From positions 1-38,668 of the IMG/VR virus record IMGVR_UViG_3300010376_000075: DNA of 38,668 nt; one strand, 5' to 3'. Position numbers and translations under genes: made by a program. This document shows positions 9,002-18,281 of the stretch, piece after piece (the first letter of the stretch is position 1; the number at the start of each line of letters is the position of its first letter). The DNA is from a virus (Duplodnaviria; Caudoviricetes). The notes under the pieces were generated by a model, which made no database searches, had not been told where the DNA came from, and saw nothing but the letters and a program-made list of their open reading frames with translations.

Positions 9002-9438
9002 TGGGCCAAGCCGTCAAGCGGGCCACCAAGGCCGCTGCTGACGCGCTGGTCGAGATCGACGCCGAGATCCAAGGCATCGAAGACGAGATCGCTGAGCGGC
9101 ACGAGCGCCTTCGGGCGCTCCGCCGCCAGCGCGCCGAGTGGGCCAAGCTGGCCGCACCGGCAGACCAGCCAGCGCCCGAGGTGGCGGCACTCAACAGCGC
9201 GGGTCCGGCAGCCGTCCAGGCCGTGGCCGACTACCTCTGCGAGCACGGCACCGCGTACCAGTTCGAGATCACCAAGGCGACCGGCCTGAACTCCGGCACG
9301 GTCACCCACTCGCTGCGCGTGCTCGCGCACGGGCACACCATCGCGGCCACCGGCCGCAAGCACCGCAACTCCGCCGAGTTCGAGTGGGTCGCCGGACGCA
9401 AGACCGCCAAGCTCGCCACAGCGGCGTCTAAGGCCTAG
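8998..9438 (+). CDS. coiled-coil plus winged-HTH protein
   Basis: QFEITKATGLNSGTVTHSLRVL HTH; start at GTG 8998 or ATG 9001. Confidence 0.7.
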   Translation: MMGQAVKRATKAAADALVEIDAEIQGIEDEIAERHERLRALRRQRAEWAKLAAPADQPAPEVAALNSAGPAAVQAVADYLCEHGTAYQFEITKATGLNSGTVTHSLRVLAHGHTIAATGRKHRNSAEFEWVAGRKTAKLATAASKA

Positions 9439-9454
9439 CTCACGACGTGTGCGA
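9436..9454. promoter_or_regulatory. palindrome copy with no adjacent -10
   Basis: TAGCTCAC-GAC-GTGTGCGA, beginning at the stop codon of 8998..9438. Confidence 0.65.
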
Positions 9455-9615
9455 GGGGTAGGGCAGGGTAGAGGCTCCGAGGGCCGTAGCGCGGCCCCTG
9501 GGGCCTCTCAGACCCATCTGTAGCGATCCCGCCCCCCGGACTTACGCTCCAGGGGAGATGCGCGGACTCTGTATCCGTGTGCTGGGGGTCGCGGTAGCGA
9601 CGGTAAGGTTCGCCC

Positions 9616-9981
9616 ATGGCTGGCTTCGAGCGGATCGTGATGGACGGAGAGCCGCCGTGCCCGGCTGCCGACCTGGTCTCCGAGGCCGCAGGCGGGAGCG
9701 GGTGCGTGTGCGGCATCACCCACGACCTGATGACCAGCCGACACAACCCCTCGACGTTGAAGCGATTCTGCTTCAACACGCTCGGCTATCAGACATGCCC
9801 GACGTGGCGCGCCGACCGCGATGCGTACATGGCGAGCAAGCGGATCCGGCCGCTGCTGAACAGCCAGGGCGACCTGACAGCGGGACATCCGGAGGATCAG
9901 GAGCGCGAGCGCGGGCTGGCGCTGGCGATAGATGCTCAGGAGCGGGAGGCATGGGAAACGCAACGGGAACTCGGCCCCTGA
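9616..9981 (+). CDS. hypothetical Cys-containing protein
   Basis: leaderless ATG 6 nt after TAAGGT (9604-9609). Confidence 0.65.
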   Translation: MAGFERIVMDGEPPCPAADLVSEAAGGSGCVCGITHDLMTSRHNPSTLKRFCFNTLGYQTCPTWRADRDAYMASKRIRPLLNSQGDLTAGHPEDQERERGLALAIDAQEREAWETQRELGP

Positions 9982-10154
9982 CCACGGGCCTCTACCTGAC
10001 GGACGACCTGAACCAGTTGATCTACGTGCTCGACCTGCCGAAGGAGAAGGGCGACCAGGCCGTGATCGAGGACGCGCGCACCGGCACGGTGTCCTGCGTC
10101 CCGAGGGCGAACATCCAGGGCTGGCGAGTCGTGGAGCCCGAGCATGCCTCGTGA
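9951..10154 (+). CDS. small beta-rich hypothetical protein (67 aa)
   Basis: ATG 9951 after GGGAGG; ends overlapping the portal start. Confidence 0.55.
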   Translation: MGNATGTRPLTTGLYLTDDLNQLIYVLDLPKEKGDQAVIEDARTGTVSCVPRANIQGWRVVEPEHAS

Positions 10155-12234
10155 CGGCGGGATCGTCGGCTGGCTCCAGGAGACGGTCGAGGCCCGGACC
10201 GGCAAGACCGTCATCGACCAGGACCGGCTCCAGCTACTGGAGGCCTCCGATGTCGAACGCCGGGCGATGCAGAAGGAACTCGACCTGCTCGGCTACTACG
10301 TGCTCGACCAGCTTGGCGGGCAGCCCCAGGAGGTCAAGCCGCAGGAGCGCCGCCGGATGGCCGCGCAGGCCCGCATGGTCTGGATTCAGGACCCGGTCGC
10401 CGGGGCGAACATCGACCTGTCCTGCCAGTTCATCTTCGGACGCGGCGTCCCCAAGCCGAAGGCCTCGGACACGAAGGTCCAGGAGATCATTGACGAGGCG
10501 TGGGCCGACCCGGACAACAAGGCCTGCCTGACGACGTTCGCAGCCCAGACGGCGCTCTGCACCGACCTGGTGCTCCAGAGCAACCTGTTCATCCTGTTCT
10601 TCGAGGGCGACGACGGCAAGGTCAAGCTCGGCATCCTCAACCACGATCTCGTGGAGGACGCCGTCCGCGACAGCGAGAACCGGCTCCGGGTCCTCTACTA
10701 CGTCGCTCGGCGGCGCGACTACGAGTGGGACTACCAGAACGACCGCGTCTCGATCAAGGCGGCGGCGAACCTGGAGAACGCCACGAAGTCCCGCGTCCTG
10801 TACTACCAGGCGCTCGCCGCGACCGGCGACGACGGCAAGCTCGACACCACCGACAAGCAGGCCCCGTCGGACAAGGTGGGCGACGGCCTCGTCTACCACA
10901 TCGCGATCAACCGGGGCACCGAGCAGGTGTTCGGGATCCCGGCGATGCGCCGGATCGTGAAGTGGATGGCGGCGCTGAACGACTTCATGGCTGCGCGGGT
11001 GGACATGACCCAGGCCGCAGCCGCGTTCATCATGCGCCGGACCGTCAAGGGCTCGCCACAGCAGGTCGCCGCCATCGCCGCGAAGCAACTCTCGCGCACG
11101 AGCAGCCTGGCGGCGTCGAGCCTCGACAAGGACGCGAGCGAGGTCACCCCAGGCCCGCGCCCGGCGTCGATCCTCAACGAGTCCCAAGGCGTCACGACCG
11201 AGCCGTTCACCGTCTCCACCCAGTCCGCGCAGGCGCAGCAGGACGCGCAGATGATCCGCTCCCAGATCGCGTCAGCGACGTGGCCGCAGCACTACCTGGG
11301 CGATCAGTCCAACGCGAACCTCGCGACGGCGCAGGCGCTCGAACTGCCGGTGGTCAAGAAGGTCGAGGCGTTCCAGGAGCTATTCGAGGGGCTGTTCCGA
11401 ACGTTCACAGACCGGGTCATCCAGAAGGCCGTGGATAGCGGGCGGCTGCCCACCGAGCTAACCGAGGAGGAACGGGCTGCCCTGCGCTCCAAGAAGCCGG
11501 AGGAGCAGGTCCCCGGCGGGTCGGGCATGACCCCGGACTCGCCGCCCCAGCAGGAGCCAGCGCTCGCGCAGACCGACCCGCTCCACGGCGAGGCACCTCC
11601 GCAGGCCGCGCTGGGCGAGGGCTACGAGGGGCAGACCGAGGACGAGGAGGCGACCGAGCGCGACCTGGGCTACGAGTTCGCGATGCCGTCACCGCTGAAG
11701 CGCAGCATGGCCGACCTGATCACCAGCATCGCCAACCTGGCGCGCACGTTCGACCCGAACAACACCAACCTCGAACTCAGCCGTACCCTCCTGGCTGTGG
11801 CTCTTGGACAGGGCCTCGAACTGGCGGACCCGGCTGCCGCCGTCGAGCGCATCCTGCCCGAGGGCTACGTCGATCCGATGCTCGCCGGGGCGATGGGCGG
11901 AGCCAGCCAGCCCGGCGTCCCAGGCCAGATGCCCGGCCAGCCGCCGCCGCTGATCCCCGAGGGGCCGAACCCGTTCGGTCCGGGTGGACCGCCGCCGGGC
12001 GAGGGTCCAGAGGGCGAGGGCAACGCGTACGGCTCCGCCGGATTCAGCCAGAACTTCCAGCAGAACCAGGGCCAGGTCGGCGGCGTCGGCGCAGGGATGT
12101 CAGAGGCTGCGGAGGATCCCGAGTACGCCGAGCGCATGGAGGAACTGATGCGCACCTGGGACGAGGAGCTAGGGGAGATCGTGGACGAGATGCTGGCCGT
12201 GGCCGCGTCCTCCACGAACGGACATCACGAGTAG
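10144..12234 (+). CDS. portal protein
   Basis: 696 aa; DPVAGANIDLSCQFIFGRG, VYHIAIN...FGIP, PQHYLGD.SNANLATA resemble portal motifs; Pro/Gly-rich tail; directly upstream of a MuF-like gene. Confidence 0.8.
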   Translation: MPRDGGIVGWLQETVEARTGKTVIDQDRLQLLEASDVERRAMQKELDLLGYYVLDQLGGQPQEVKPQERRRMAAQARMVWIQDPVAGANIDLSCQFIFGRGVPKPKASDTKVQEIIDEAWADPDNKACLTTFAAQTALCTDLVLQSNLFILFFEGDDGKVKLGILNHDLVEDAVRDSENRLRVLYYVARRRDYEWDYQNDRVSIKAAANLENATKSRVLYYQALAATGDDGKLDTTDKQAPSDKVGDGLVYHIAINRGTEQVFGIPAMRRIVKWMAALNDFMAARVDMTQAAAAFIMRRTVKGSPQQVAAIAAKQLSRTSSLAASSLDKDASEVTPGPRPASILNESQGVTTEPFTVSTQSAQAQQDAQMIRSQIASATWPQHYLGDQSNANLATAQALELPVVKKVEAFQELFEGLFRTFTDRVIQKAVDSGRLPTELTEEERAALRSKKPEEQVPGGSGMTPDSPPQQEPALAQTDPLHGEAPPQAALGEGYEGQTEDEEATERDLGYEFAMPSPLKRSMADLITSIANLARTFDPNNTNLELSRTLLAVALGQGLELADPAAAVERILPEGYVDPMLAGAMGGASQPGVPGQMPGQPPPLIPEGPNPFGPGGPPPGEGPEGEGNAYGSAGFSQNFQQNQGQVGGVGAGMSEAAEDPEYAERMEELMRTWDEELGEIVDEMLAVAASSTNGHHE

Positions 12235-12260
12235 CGCGGAACCGGCCTTAGGCTTCGCCT

Positions 12261-15200
12261 GTGGCCGTCGAAGATCCACAGCAGCCGCCACAGCAGCAGC
12301 CGAGCCCGACTGTCCAGCGCCTGATCACGGCTGCCGCCGCCGGGCAGGCCGCGAAGACCGCCGTCGGCGCTGCGGCTGCACCCGCCGTCGCGGTCACGCT
12401 GCCCGCCCAAGCGGCGGTGGGCACGGTCAAGGTCCCCGCCGAGTTGTTCGTCCACGGGGTCAAGTGGGCGATCATCCTGCGCATCCTCCGGCGGCTGCTG
12501 AAGCGCCAGCACGCCGATAGCGCCGACTGGCTGACCAAGCAGCTACGCAAGGAGTTCCCCAACGCCGACCCGCTCTGGATCAGCCAGGCCGTCCAGAAGG
12601 AACTGGCCTACGAGCAGGCGTTCCAGCAGAAGGCGATGAAGCGCACCGAGGCCTCGCTCCAGCAGGCGGGTACGCTCGCGACCCCCGAGGCGCAGGCCAA
12701 GCGCGTCAATGAGATCCTCGACCGCGAGAAGCACTACGCCGGGCTGCGCGAGAAGGCGATGCTCAACCGCGCGAAGGCGCACGTCGCCAACCAGGGGGTC
12801 AAGGCCGTCTCGCCCGAGGGCGCGAAGTGGGTGCTCGGCAATCGCAAGAACCACACGCTCGGCTGCCTCGCGCTCGCCGGGAAGAACTGGCCGTGGGCCG
12901 TGCTCGACACGATCCCGCCGCCGCTGCACGCGCAGTGCGGCTGCGAGCTTGTGCCGCTCAAGCCGGGCGAGACGGTGCTGCCGGTGGGCCAGGCGATGGC
13001 GATGGCGAAGGCGGCGATGGCGCTGGAGGAGGCGATCCGCCGCTCCGTCGGCCGGGCCGAGATCGACGTGATGCTGGCCGAGCGCGCCTACGAGGAGCGG
13101 CTGGAGGAGGTCAAGTGGCAGGACTGGCTGCACCCGCGCGGTCGCGGCGGGAAGTGGATCGACAAGTTCGGGCCGGGCGGGCACCTCCCTGGGCTGGAGC
13201 CGCACGAGAAGGCGGGTGAGGAGAAGAAGCCGAAGGAGCCACCCAAGCCCACCTGGATGCCCGAGCTTTCGCCTGGCAGCACCGTCGTGTCCGGCCCGCC
13301 GCCGGAGGGCGAGGCGTTCATCGGCGGCGACGTGCCGGAGCCTGCCAAGCAGGGGCCGATCCCCGACTTCAGCCACGTCGCGCTCAAGCTCCAGCTACCG
13401 CCCGCGTTCGGAGCCGATCACGTCAAGGCTAAGGGCGCAGACCAGGACTACATCGTCAAGGAGCACGGTGGCGACCGCACACGTGTGGCGAGCGAACTAC
13501 TCGCCAACGGCGTCTACCGTGAACTGGGCATCGGCGTGCCGACGATGGGCCACGTCAAGACGCACGCCGTGCCGGACTGGTCCAAACGGGCAGAGGATCT
13601 GCCCAGTGAGCCGCCGGTCGATGCCCCAAAGGGCACCCGCATCTCGGTCGGCGTCGTGCTGCGCGACCCGGACGGCCGGGTGACGCTGATCGAGCCGCGC
13701 AACCACTACGGCGGCACCATCCACGGCTTCCCGAAGGGCGGGCAGGAGCCGAACCTGACGTTGCAGCAGGGCGCGCACAAGGAGCTATGGGAGGAGAGCG
13801 GGCTGACCGGGCACATCACCGACGTGATCGGGGACTTCAAGGGCGACACCGGCGTCACTCGCTACTACCTCGGCGTCCGCACCGGCGGCGAGGCAACCCC
13901 GAGCGACGAGACCGTTGCGGTCAAGACGGTCACGCCCGACGAGGCCGCGAAGATGCTCAACAAGCAGCGCGACCAGGACGTGCTCAAGGCCGTGCTGGAG
14001 AAGCCGATCCCGGAGGGCACCTTCGAGGATCAGACGCCGCCGGAGGAGCCAGGCTCCGCGCTCGCGTTCGTGGGCACGCCGGGCAAGACCCGCAACATCA
14101 CCGAGCCGAACGAGGCGCTCAGCAAGGGCTACATGGCCGACGCGCTCGTGGCCAACCGCGACTTCCTCGGCCAGCGCGGCGGCAACGTCCGCTGGCAGGA
14201 CGACCAGACACCGATCCGGACGAACATGGCGAGCACCTTCGGCTACGGCGGCAGCAGCCAGCACGACTTCGGCAAGACGCCCGAGGAGATCTGGACGATG
14301 CGCTACCGGGGCCAGGCCGCAGGCACCATCGCGGCAGGCGAGGACCAGCTTCGCCAGCAGGCAGCCGACATCGCCCGGATCCTGACCAACGCCAAGATCG
14401 ACCAACTGACCAAGGCCGCAGGGTTCCCCGACCCGAAGGACCGCAAGCGGATCGCGGACGCGCTGAAGGCCAGAGTCGCCTGGATGAAGAAGTTCGCCAA
14501 CGGCGAGGAGAGCCTGCCGCAGCCCATGTCCGGCGGCGAGGCCCGAGCCGCGTTCGCTGACGCGCAGAACGACTTCGAGATCTACCCCGAGGAGCACCAG
14601 GCACTGGACGACTACGCAGGCAAGCTCGGCACCAGCCTCGACGGCCACCTGCGCTCCGGCAAGGACTTCACCGACGACGAGCGCAAGCTCGCCAAGACGC
14701 TCGACGGGCTGCTCGACGCCACTTCAGCGCCGGGCGACAGCTACGTCTACATCGGATCGCCGGGCGAGCCGAACAAGGGCATGGTCGGCAAGACGTTCTC
14801 GATGGCGAGCTACACCCGAGCGCACACCGACCGGGCGCAGGCGACCGGCGCAGGGCACGTCCGGCTGCTCGTGCCCGGCGGCGCGCGGGCACTGCATCTC
14901 GAAGACGCCGAGAAGGGCCAGCCCGACATGCTGCTGCCCCGCGACCAGCGCATGCAGATCACCGGCCTGCGCACCGGCCCCGACGGCAAGCCGACGCTCG
15001 AAGGGATCGTCCTGCCCTACCGACCGCCGCGCTCGCTCCCGTCTGCCTACAAGCCGCCGTCCGGGCAGACGAGCTTCAAGGGCTTCGGCAGCACCTACTC
15101 CGCCAAGCCACAGAAGCCGTCGTTCGCCAACACCAACGTGGGCGACAAGGTCAGCATCAAGGGCCAGTCGGGCAAGGTCATCAAGGAGCACCCGCCGACC

Positions 15201-18200
15201 GGCGAGATCACCGTGCGGCTCGACAACGGTGAGGAGCACCGGGTCCCGTACTCCGCGCTCGACGGGCCGCAGCCGAAGGGCGAGTTCTTCGCGAAGGGCG
15301 ACCGGGTGGACGTGAACGGCAACAAGGCGACCGTGACCGGGGACGCCGGGAAGGGCATGGCCAACGTCAAGCTCGACAACGGCAAGGGCTACACCGTCCC
15401 GTTCTCGATCCTCAAGCGGCTGGAGGAGGCCGAGGGCAAGTACGACGAGATCCTGCACCCGCGCGGCCGAGGCGGGAAGTGGGTCCGCAAGCCAGGCGGC
15501 GGGCTGGCACGCAAGGTCGAGCGCGAGCATCTCGGCACCGTCGGCGCGCCGTCGCCGCAGGTGCTGGAGTGGCACGACCCGCCGCAGCCGGTCGGGCAGA
15601 AGGGCGAGCGCAAGGGCGGTGGGCTGACCGCCATCGGCGTCACGAACACCAAGCTCGGAGACGAGGTCGAGCACGCGCTCCAGCAGGCGATGGGGTTCAA
15701 GGACGCGCACCCCGGCCGACGCCAGGGACCGTTCGACCTGGTCATGGGCGACAACGCCTACGAGGTCAAGGCCGTCTCCCGCTCCGCCACCGAGTACAAG
15801 GCCAAGCCCAAGAAGCACGAGGTCGAGGGCAAGCTCGCCTACGCGCAGGAGCACGCGCTCAAGCCGCACATCATGATCGTCGTCTACGACCCCGAGGAGA
15901 AGCACATCCACGCCTACGTCAAGGAGGGCGTCGGTGCGTACAGGCTCACGAACCCGGACTCCGGCTGGAGCTACATCGGCAAGGTCCCGCTCGACCTGGG
16001 CGACACGTGGGATCCGGCGTCCCTCCAGGAGGCGTTCTGGAAGGAGTTCCTGCACCCCCGTGGCCGGGGCGGGAAATGGATCGAGGGCGCTCCGCCGCTG
16101 AAGCGGGAGGTGAAGGTGACCGGCGGGTCTGCGTCTGCCGCGCACCCGTCCGCGCCGCCGGTCGCGGAGTCCATTGCCCGGCTCGAAGCGCTGGGGCTTG
16201 ACGTGAAGCCGCCCCTGGGCAAGCTCTCCAAGCTGTCCAACCAGGAGGTCGCAGACATCGCGGACGTGTTCGAGTCGGCGTTCAAGCAGTACCCGATCCT
16301 CCAGCACGGGCCGGGCAGGCACGTCGGCGTCGTGGAGTTCTGCTCCAACGTGAAGGTCAAGAAGCTCAAGAAGGGCGTGCTCGCGGATACCGGCGCTGGG
16401 CTGTTCGGCGGCGGCACCTCCGAGAAGGCGCTTACGCCGCGCACGCGCATCCGCATCAACGACCTGACGCCGTACCACATGAAGGCAGCCGGACCGCCGC
16501 CGCCCGGTGCGGCCACCGGCGGACAACTCTGCCCGGCGTCCCAGTCGTGGGCGGGCTGCACGTGGCACGAGCTTGGGCACGCGATGATGGAGGCCATCGA
16601 CATGGCGGGGCACCACGACCCGAAGCGGTACGTGGACTGGATGAGCCGCTACGGCGTCTCGTTCGATGACTGCAAGAACGTGTCCACGTACGCGGTGGCG
16701 TCTCGCTCGGAGGGGATCGCGGAACTGTGCGCGATGGAGAACACGCCCGGCTTCGAGCACCTGCTCACGCCCGAGATGCAGGGCAAGGTCGGGGCGATGT
16801 TCTCGGATCTCAAGAACTGGGATCCGGGAACGCCGTACGCCTACCAGAAGCCGCTGCCGGGGGCCGTCCCGCCGCCCAAGCCGCTGCCCAAGATCAAGGC
16901 GACGGCACCGAAGCCGACGCCCGGTCCCAAGCCGTCGTTCTCGATGCCGTCAGCGGGCAAGCTGAAGGAGATCGAGGCGTCGGTCAAGGCCCAGCCCGGC
17001 ACCGCCGGTCCGAAGCAACCCGTCAGCCAGATGGGCCTGATGCCCGGCGACGTGTTCGAGGGGCACACGCCCGGCATGCGCTACCTCGTCATCTCCGACC
17101 CGAGCGAGAAGTCCGGCATGCGCTACGTCCCGCTGAACCAGGGCAAGGGGGACGCGTACCGGTTCAGCAGCACCAGCAAGCGCCGCAAGGTGAACCTGCA
17201 CTTCGACCTGAGCGAGGCAGACGTGACACTCGACGTGAGTCCCGAGACGATGGCGAAGGTGGACGAGGTCGCGGCCAAGAACGTCGCGGCCGGGGACTGG
17301 GTCGAGCCGGATCCGTTCCTGGACGAGAACGATCCGAAGGAGCCGCTCGATGAGGCCATCTACACCGAGGCGCTGCACCCCCGAGGGCGCGGCGGGAAGT
17401 GGATCGGCAAGGGCGGGCGCATCAAGCGTGCGGTCGAGGCACCTGAGGCCGACAAGTCCCCGGTCGGCCGGATCGTCGGCTCGCTCGGCGGCAAGACGGG
17501 TGACGCGGGCTACCAGGCGCTCGCGTCAGGCGAGGCGCTCGACACCCAGAAGCTCAACCAGACCGATGGGAAATACACGGCTGCTCGCAAGCTCCTGCAT
17601 CAGTCGATCATCAACCACTTCTTCGAGAACGCGCAGCCCGCCGAGGGCAAGCCGAAGGCGATCTTCACCGCCGGTGGCGCGGCCTCCGGCAAGTCCGGGC
17701 TGGCCGGGCAGGCGCGCGAGGCTGCGAGCAACCTCGACATCCCCAAGGGCGCGGTCTACATCAACCCGGACGACATCAAGGAGATGATCCCCGAGTACGC
17801 CGAGTTGAAGCGGCGGGGCCGTGAGGACGTGGCAGCGGCGGCAACGCACGAGGAGTCCAGCGACCTGGCCAAGCTGATGACGGCCATCGCGATGGACGGC
17901 CACTACCCCGTCATCGTGGACGGCACCGGCGACTCGAAGGTCGGGAAGTTCGGGGACAAGCTCCGGGCCGCGCAGAAGGCCGGGTACGACGTGGAGGCAC
18001 GGTACGCCCACGTGCCCGTCTCTGAGGCCTTGACCCGCGAGAAGAAGCGGGCCGAGCGCACGGGCCGCAAGGTGGCCGAGTCGCTGCTGCGCAACCAGCA
18101 CAAGACGGTGGCGGAGAGCTACACGAAGGACGTGGTCAACGAGCCGGGCGTCCACGTCAAGGTCTACTCGACCGTCGAGCGCGGCCAGCCCAAGCTGATC

Positions 18201-18281
18201 GCGGAGAAGCCAGCAGGCGGGCAGGTCAAGGTCGTGGACCAGAAGCAGTACGACGAGCATCTCGCAAAGGCGGAGGCATGA
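12261..18281 (+). CDS. MuF-like head morphogenesis protein fused to multiple effector domains (polyvalent protein)
   Basis: MuF-like C..LAG...PPLHAQCGC; kinase-like fold split by a Nudix domain; degenerate VIP2-like ART; KOW/SH3 repeats; PD-(D/E)xK; HELGH zincin; zeta-toxin-like P-loop GGAASGKS; leaderless GTG 6 nt after TAGGCT. Confidence 0.85.
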   Translation: MAVEDPQQPPQQQPSPTVQRLITAAAAGQAAKTAVGAAAAPAVAVTLPAQAAVGTVKVPAELFVHGVKWAIILRILRRLLKRQHADSADWLTKQLRKEFPNADPLWISQAVQKELAYEQAFQQKAMKRTEASLQQAGTLATPEAQAKRVNEILDREKHYAGLREKAMLNRAKAHVANQGVKAVSPEGAKWVLGNRKNHTLGCLALAGKNWPWAVLDTIPPPLHAQCGCELVPLKPGETVLPVGQAMAMAKAAMALEEAIRRSVGRAEIDVMLAERAYEERLEEVKWQDWLHPRGRGGKWIDKFGPGGHLPGLEPHEKAGEEKKPKEPPKPTWMPELSPGSTVVSGPPPEGEAFIGGDVPEPAKQGPIPDFSHVALKLQLPPAFGADHVKAKGADQDYIVKEHGGDRTRVASELLANGVYRELGIGVPTMGHVKTHAVPDWSKRAEDLPSEPPVDAPKGTRISVGVVLRDPDGRVTLIEPRNHYGGTIHGFPKGGQEPNLTLQQGAHKELWEESGLTGHITDVIGDFKGDTGVTRYYLGVRTGGEATPSDETVAVKTVTPDEAAKMLNKQRDQDVLKAVLEKPIPEGTFEDQTPPEEPGSALAFVGTPGKTRNITEPNEALSKGYMADALVANRDFLGQRGGNVRWQDDQTPIRTNMASTFGYGGSSQHDFGKTPEEIWTMRYRGQAAGTIAAGEDQLRQQAADIARILTNAKIDQLTKAAGFPDPKDRKRIADALKARVAWMKKFANGEESLPQPMSGGEARAAFADAQNDFEIYPEEHQALDDYAGKLGTSLDGHLRSGKDFTDDERKLAKTLDGLLDATSAPGDSYVYIGSPGEPNKGMVGKTFSMASYTRAHTDRAQATGAGHVRLLVPGGARALHLEDAEKGQPDMLLPRDQRMQITGLRTGPDGKPTLEGIVLPYRPPRSLPSAYKPPSGQTSFKGFGSTYSAKPQKPSFANTNVGDKVSIKGQSGKVIKEHPPTGEITVRLDNGEEHRVPYSALDGPQPKGEFFAKGDRVDVNGNKATVTGDAGKGMANVKLDNGKGYTVPFSILKRLEEAEGKYDEILHPRGRGGKWVRKPGGGLARKVEREHLGTVGAPSPQVLEWHDPPQPVGQKGERKGGGLTAIGVTNTKLGDEVEHALQQAMGFKDAHPGRRQGPFDLVMGDNAYEVKAVSRSATEYKAKPKKHEVEGKLAYAQEHALKPHIMIVVYDPEEKHIHAYVKEGVGAYRLTNPDSGWSYIGKVPLDLGDTWDPASLQEAFWKEFLHPRGRGGKWIEGAPPLKREVKVTGGSASAAHPSAPPVAESIARLEALGLDVKPPLGKLSKLSNQEVADIADVFESAFKQYPILQHGPGRHVGVVEFCSNVKVKKLKKGVLADTGAGLFGGGTSEKALTPRTRIRINDLTPYHMKAAGPPPPGAATGGQLCPASQSWAGCTWHELGHAMMEAIDMAGHHDPKRYVDWMSRYGVSFDDCKNVSTYAVASRSEGIAELCAMENTPGFEHLLTPEMQGKVGAMFSDLKNWDPGTPYAYQKPLPGAVPPPKPLPKIKATAPKPTPGPKPSFSMPSAGKLKEIEASVKAQPGTAGPKQPVSQMGLMPGDVFEGHTPGMRYLVISDPSEKSGMRYVPLNQGKGDAYRFSSTSKRRKVNLHFDLSEADVTLDVSPETMAKVDEVAAKNVAAGDWVEPDPFLDENDPKEPLDEAIYTEALHPRGRGGKWIGKGGRIKRAVEAPEADKSPVGRIVGSLGGKTGDAGYQALASGEALDTQKLNQTDGKYTAARKLLHQSIINHFFENAQPAEGKPKAIFTAGGAASGKSGLAGQAREAASNLDIPKGAVYINPDDIKEMIPEYAELKRRGREDVAAAATHEESSDLAKLMTAIAMDGHYPVIVDGTGDSKVGKFGDKLRAAQKAGYDVEARYAHVPVSEALTREKKRAERTGRKVAESLLRNQHKTVAESYTKDVVNEPGVHVKVYSTVERGQPKLIAEKPAGGQVKVVDQKQYDEHLAKAEA

